Origin: a virus | Direction: 5' to 3' (one strand) | IMG/VR virus record: IMGVR_UViG_3300020378_001929 | Span: 18,531-82,530 of that record | Length of the DNA: 64,000 nt | Shown: positions 62,565 to 64,000 of the stretch, piece after piece | How the letters are laid out: the number at the start of each line of letters is the position of its first letter | Position numbering within the stretch: position 1 is the stretch's first letter | Notes under the pieces: generated by a model | Told to the model about the DNA's origin: nothing | The model's input: only the letters and a program-made list of their open reading frames with translations | Database searches by the model: none | Position numbers and translations under genes: made by a program

Positions 62565-63150
62565 GTACTTTTTTTCTAATTGTTTTCCTAATTCCGGGAT
62601 TCACCTTCAAGACTTGAGGAACAATGTTTAACCTTACGTGATTTCTCATAAAATTTGTATGCTGGTTGGAGGGGTCCTCTATCCATGATATGTTTTTATT
62701 GGCAGCATACTTTTTGATACTTGATTTTTCTGTCAAAAGAAAAGGTCTATAAACGTCAGTGCATCTTCGAAATGGTATAATTTTTGCGGTCCCATGGAAA
62801 CTAGACATTAACCAAGTCTCAACGCAATCATCTAAATGGTGGCAAGTAATCGTATAATTGCTATCTAAACTATTAAGAAACGAGTACCTTTCATCTCTCC
62901 AAAACTCCTCTAAAGATCTCTTTCCTTTAAAATTTTTCACTTTTCCAATATGAAGATTTAACTTATGCTCTTCCGCGTACTGTTCTACAAAAAGTTGTGA
63001 CTTTCTTGCGTGTGCTGTATCGTGGTTAAAATAAGCTAATTCTATTTTTCTTTTACCTTGCATTAAAAAATGGGTAAAAACCATAGAATCGATTCCGCCA
63101 GAACAAGCAATGGTTACTTTGCGGGGAATTTTACCAATTATCCTAATCAT
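62545..63150 (-). CDS. tilS: tRNA(Ile)-lysidine synthetase, minimal form (catalytic domain only)
   Basis: 201 aa. ACSGGIDSM (PP-loop), FNH, RDERY, TCHHLDDCVET, RPFL, EDPSN, RNHVR....P. Confidence 0.92.
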   Translation of the reverse strand: MIRIIGKIPRKVTIACSGGIDSMVFTHFLMQGKRKIELAYFNHDTAHARKSQLFVEQYAEEHKLNLHIGKVKNFKGKRSLEEFWRDERYSFLNSLDSNYTITCHHLDDCVETWLMSSFHGTAKIIPFRRCTDVYRPFLLTEKSSIKKYAANKNISWIEDPSNQHTNFMRNHVRLNIVPQVLKVNPGIRKTIRKKVLELYVK

Positions 63151-63156
63151 GCAATA

Positions 63157-63185
63157 AGTATAAACTAGTGCAATTTATTTGTCAA
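63157..63185 (-). promoter_or_regulatory. Sigma70 consensus promoter TTGACA-N17-TATACT; predicts a leaderless tilS mRNA
   Basis: Minus strand TTGACA aataaattgcactagtt TATACT tattgc ATG. The ATG follows 6 nt after the -10 box and there is no SD. Confidence 0.8.
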
Positions 63186-63192
63186 GGAAAAA

Positions 63193-63747
63193 CTACCATT
63201 TTCTACAAGACCAATATCTTGCTTTCCATTTTGGTCCAGGGGATTTACAGTTGTGCCTTGCTCTGAATGATTTTCTTCTTTTGGGATTAGATTTTTTAAT
63301 TCTCATATTTTTATCGCCAAAGTTAACTTTGACAACATTTCCCTTCGCATTTTTTACATACACTTTAAATTTTTTAACGTCGCCCTGCATAGGCTTATTT
63401 AGCGTTACTTTACGACCGCGGTATTCGGCTTCGGGAATCAAATCTGGACACCCACATGACGCGTCTGATAATATCTCATACAAACATTGAGGACACGGAG
63501 TTTCAGAATTTTCATCAATTGCGTCCTGCAAAGCTTCATAGAGATTTTGAAACTCGTCTACAATTGCGTAGTCTTCCGTGTCAATCAATTCTTTTAAGTT
63601 TTCGTTAATACTTTCTTCTGGTAGATTATCTTTTATAAACTGATCCAGCAAATCTTTTGGTATTCTTGAAACTAGGGCTCCGAGTTGCGTGTCTGACAAC
63701 TCAACTTCAGTGTCTGCTTCTTCTATGAAAATTCTGTATTTTTCCAT
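63193..63747 (-). CDS. Phage protein with acidic N-terminus and basic Cys/His C-terminal domain (possible internal head protein)
   Basis: 184 aa. Glu-rich N-half with several (I/L)-x-E sites. C-terminal KKFKVYVKN..GNVVKVNFGD...RRKSFRARHNC.......ARYWSCRKW is a recurrent viral domain. Confidence 0.65.
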   Translation of the reverse strand: MEKYRIFIEEADTEVELSDTQLGALVSRIPKDLLDQFIKDNLPEESINENLKELIDTEDYAIVDEFQNLYEALQDAIDENSETPCPQCLYEILSDASCGCPDLIPEAEYRGRKVTLNKPMQGDVKKFKVYVKNAKGNVVKVNFGDKNMRIKKSNPKRRKSFRARHNCKSPGPKWKARYWSCRKW

Positions 63748-63792
63748 TATTTTTATCTCTCTTTTTTACTTATTGTTATTGTTATAATAATC

Positions 63793-63993
63793 TTACGCTA
63801 CTTCTCCACGCTTGGATGGGTCTTTTTCAGACATTCCAACCATAGATTTCAACTTTTCGTCATTACCATCGGTGGTCAATGGAATGCCTGCTTTAATTGC
63901 TTTACTTACTGCGTCTCTTAATTGATCGCCAGTTAAGACGTACTTAATCCCGCGATTTAGGCTACCTTTCATATCCCTATCGATTTGAGCCAT
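63793..63993 (-). CDS. Hypothetical protein, possibly 5'-truncated by the window edge
   Basis: 66 aa from ATG 63993. The frame stays open to position 64000. Confidence 0.5.
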   Translation of the reverse strand: MAQIDRDMKGSLNRGIKYVLTGDQLRDAVSKAIKAGIPLTTDGNDEKLKSMVGMSEKDPSKRGEVA

Positions 63994-64000
63994 AATCTCT

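Noticed and set aside
1203-63490. The many short plus-strand and nested ORFs in the ORF track
   Set aside because: They are antisense shadows or out-of-frame fragments inside long, motif-bearing minus-strand genes and lack recognisable motifs. Only 60696-61463 is credible on the plus strand.
1-64000. Alternative genetic code (stop-codon reassignment) as in some large phages
   Set aside because: The standard code gives near-complete coding density with ORFs up to ~4000 aa, and TAA, TAG and TGA all end genes at tight junctions.
1-64000. Eukaryotic giant virus or bacterial chromosome origin
   Set aside because: gp6/gp25-like baseplate genes, a phage sigma factor, SD motifs and overlapping start/stop codons indicate a tailed bacteriophage. 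No cellular core operons are present.

Overview
This window is a dense, almost entirely minus-strand segment of a large myovirus (jumbo-phage-like), read in the standard code. No cellular core genes are present. (1) 1-40559: virion morphogenesis block with gp6-like and gp25-like baseplate wedge proteins, a DNRLRE-like protein, a 3949-aa LamG-containing baseplate/tail protein, a 3992-aa unknown protein, a probable spike and several tail-fibre-anchor-like paralogues. (2) 40568-42398: a gp55-like late sigma factor and small genes. (3) 42400-57295: a 15-gene, ~15-kb sugar locus with PseB, PseC, PseI, a formyltransferase, a carbamoyltransferase, a second NeuB, an HpcH-type aldolase, a HAD phosphatase, a cupin, three CMP-sugar synthetases, three Maf/DUF115-like domains and two GT4 domains. 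(4) 57292-64000: Cas4/RecB-like nuclease, zincin, PIN-PhoH, a trypsin-like lipoprotein, ClpP, and a minimal TilS directly followed by a tRNA-Ile2(CAU). The best candidate for an undescribed system is phage-encoded glycosylation with several ulosonic acids (3 condensing enzymes : 3 activators : 3 transferases). Its substrates may be the neighbouring virion proteins that are enriched in [S/T]-[G/A/S]-S motifs. Other signals are the TilS+tRNA-Ile2 cassette on a leaderless sigma70 promoter, a TATTTA late-promoter candidate (once inside an SD-sequestering hairpin), and strong over-representation of GGCGCC/GCCGGC. All assignments come from motif recognition by eye; no database searches were run.
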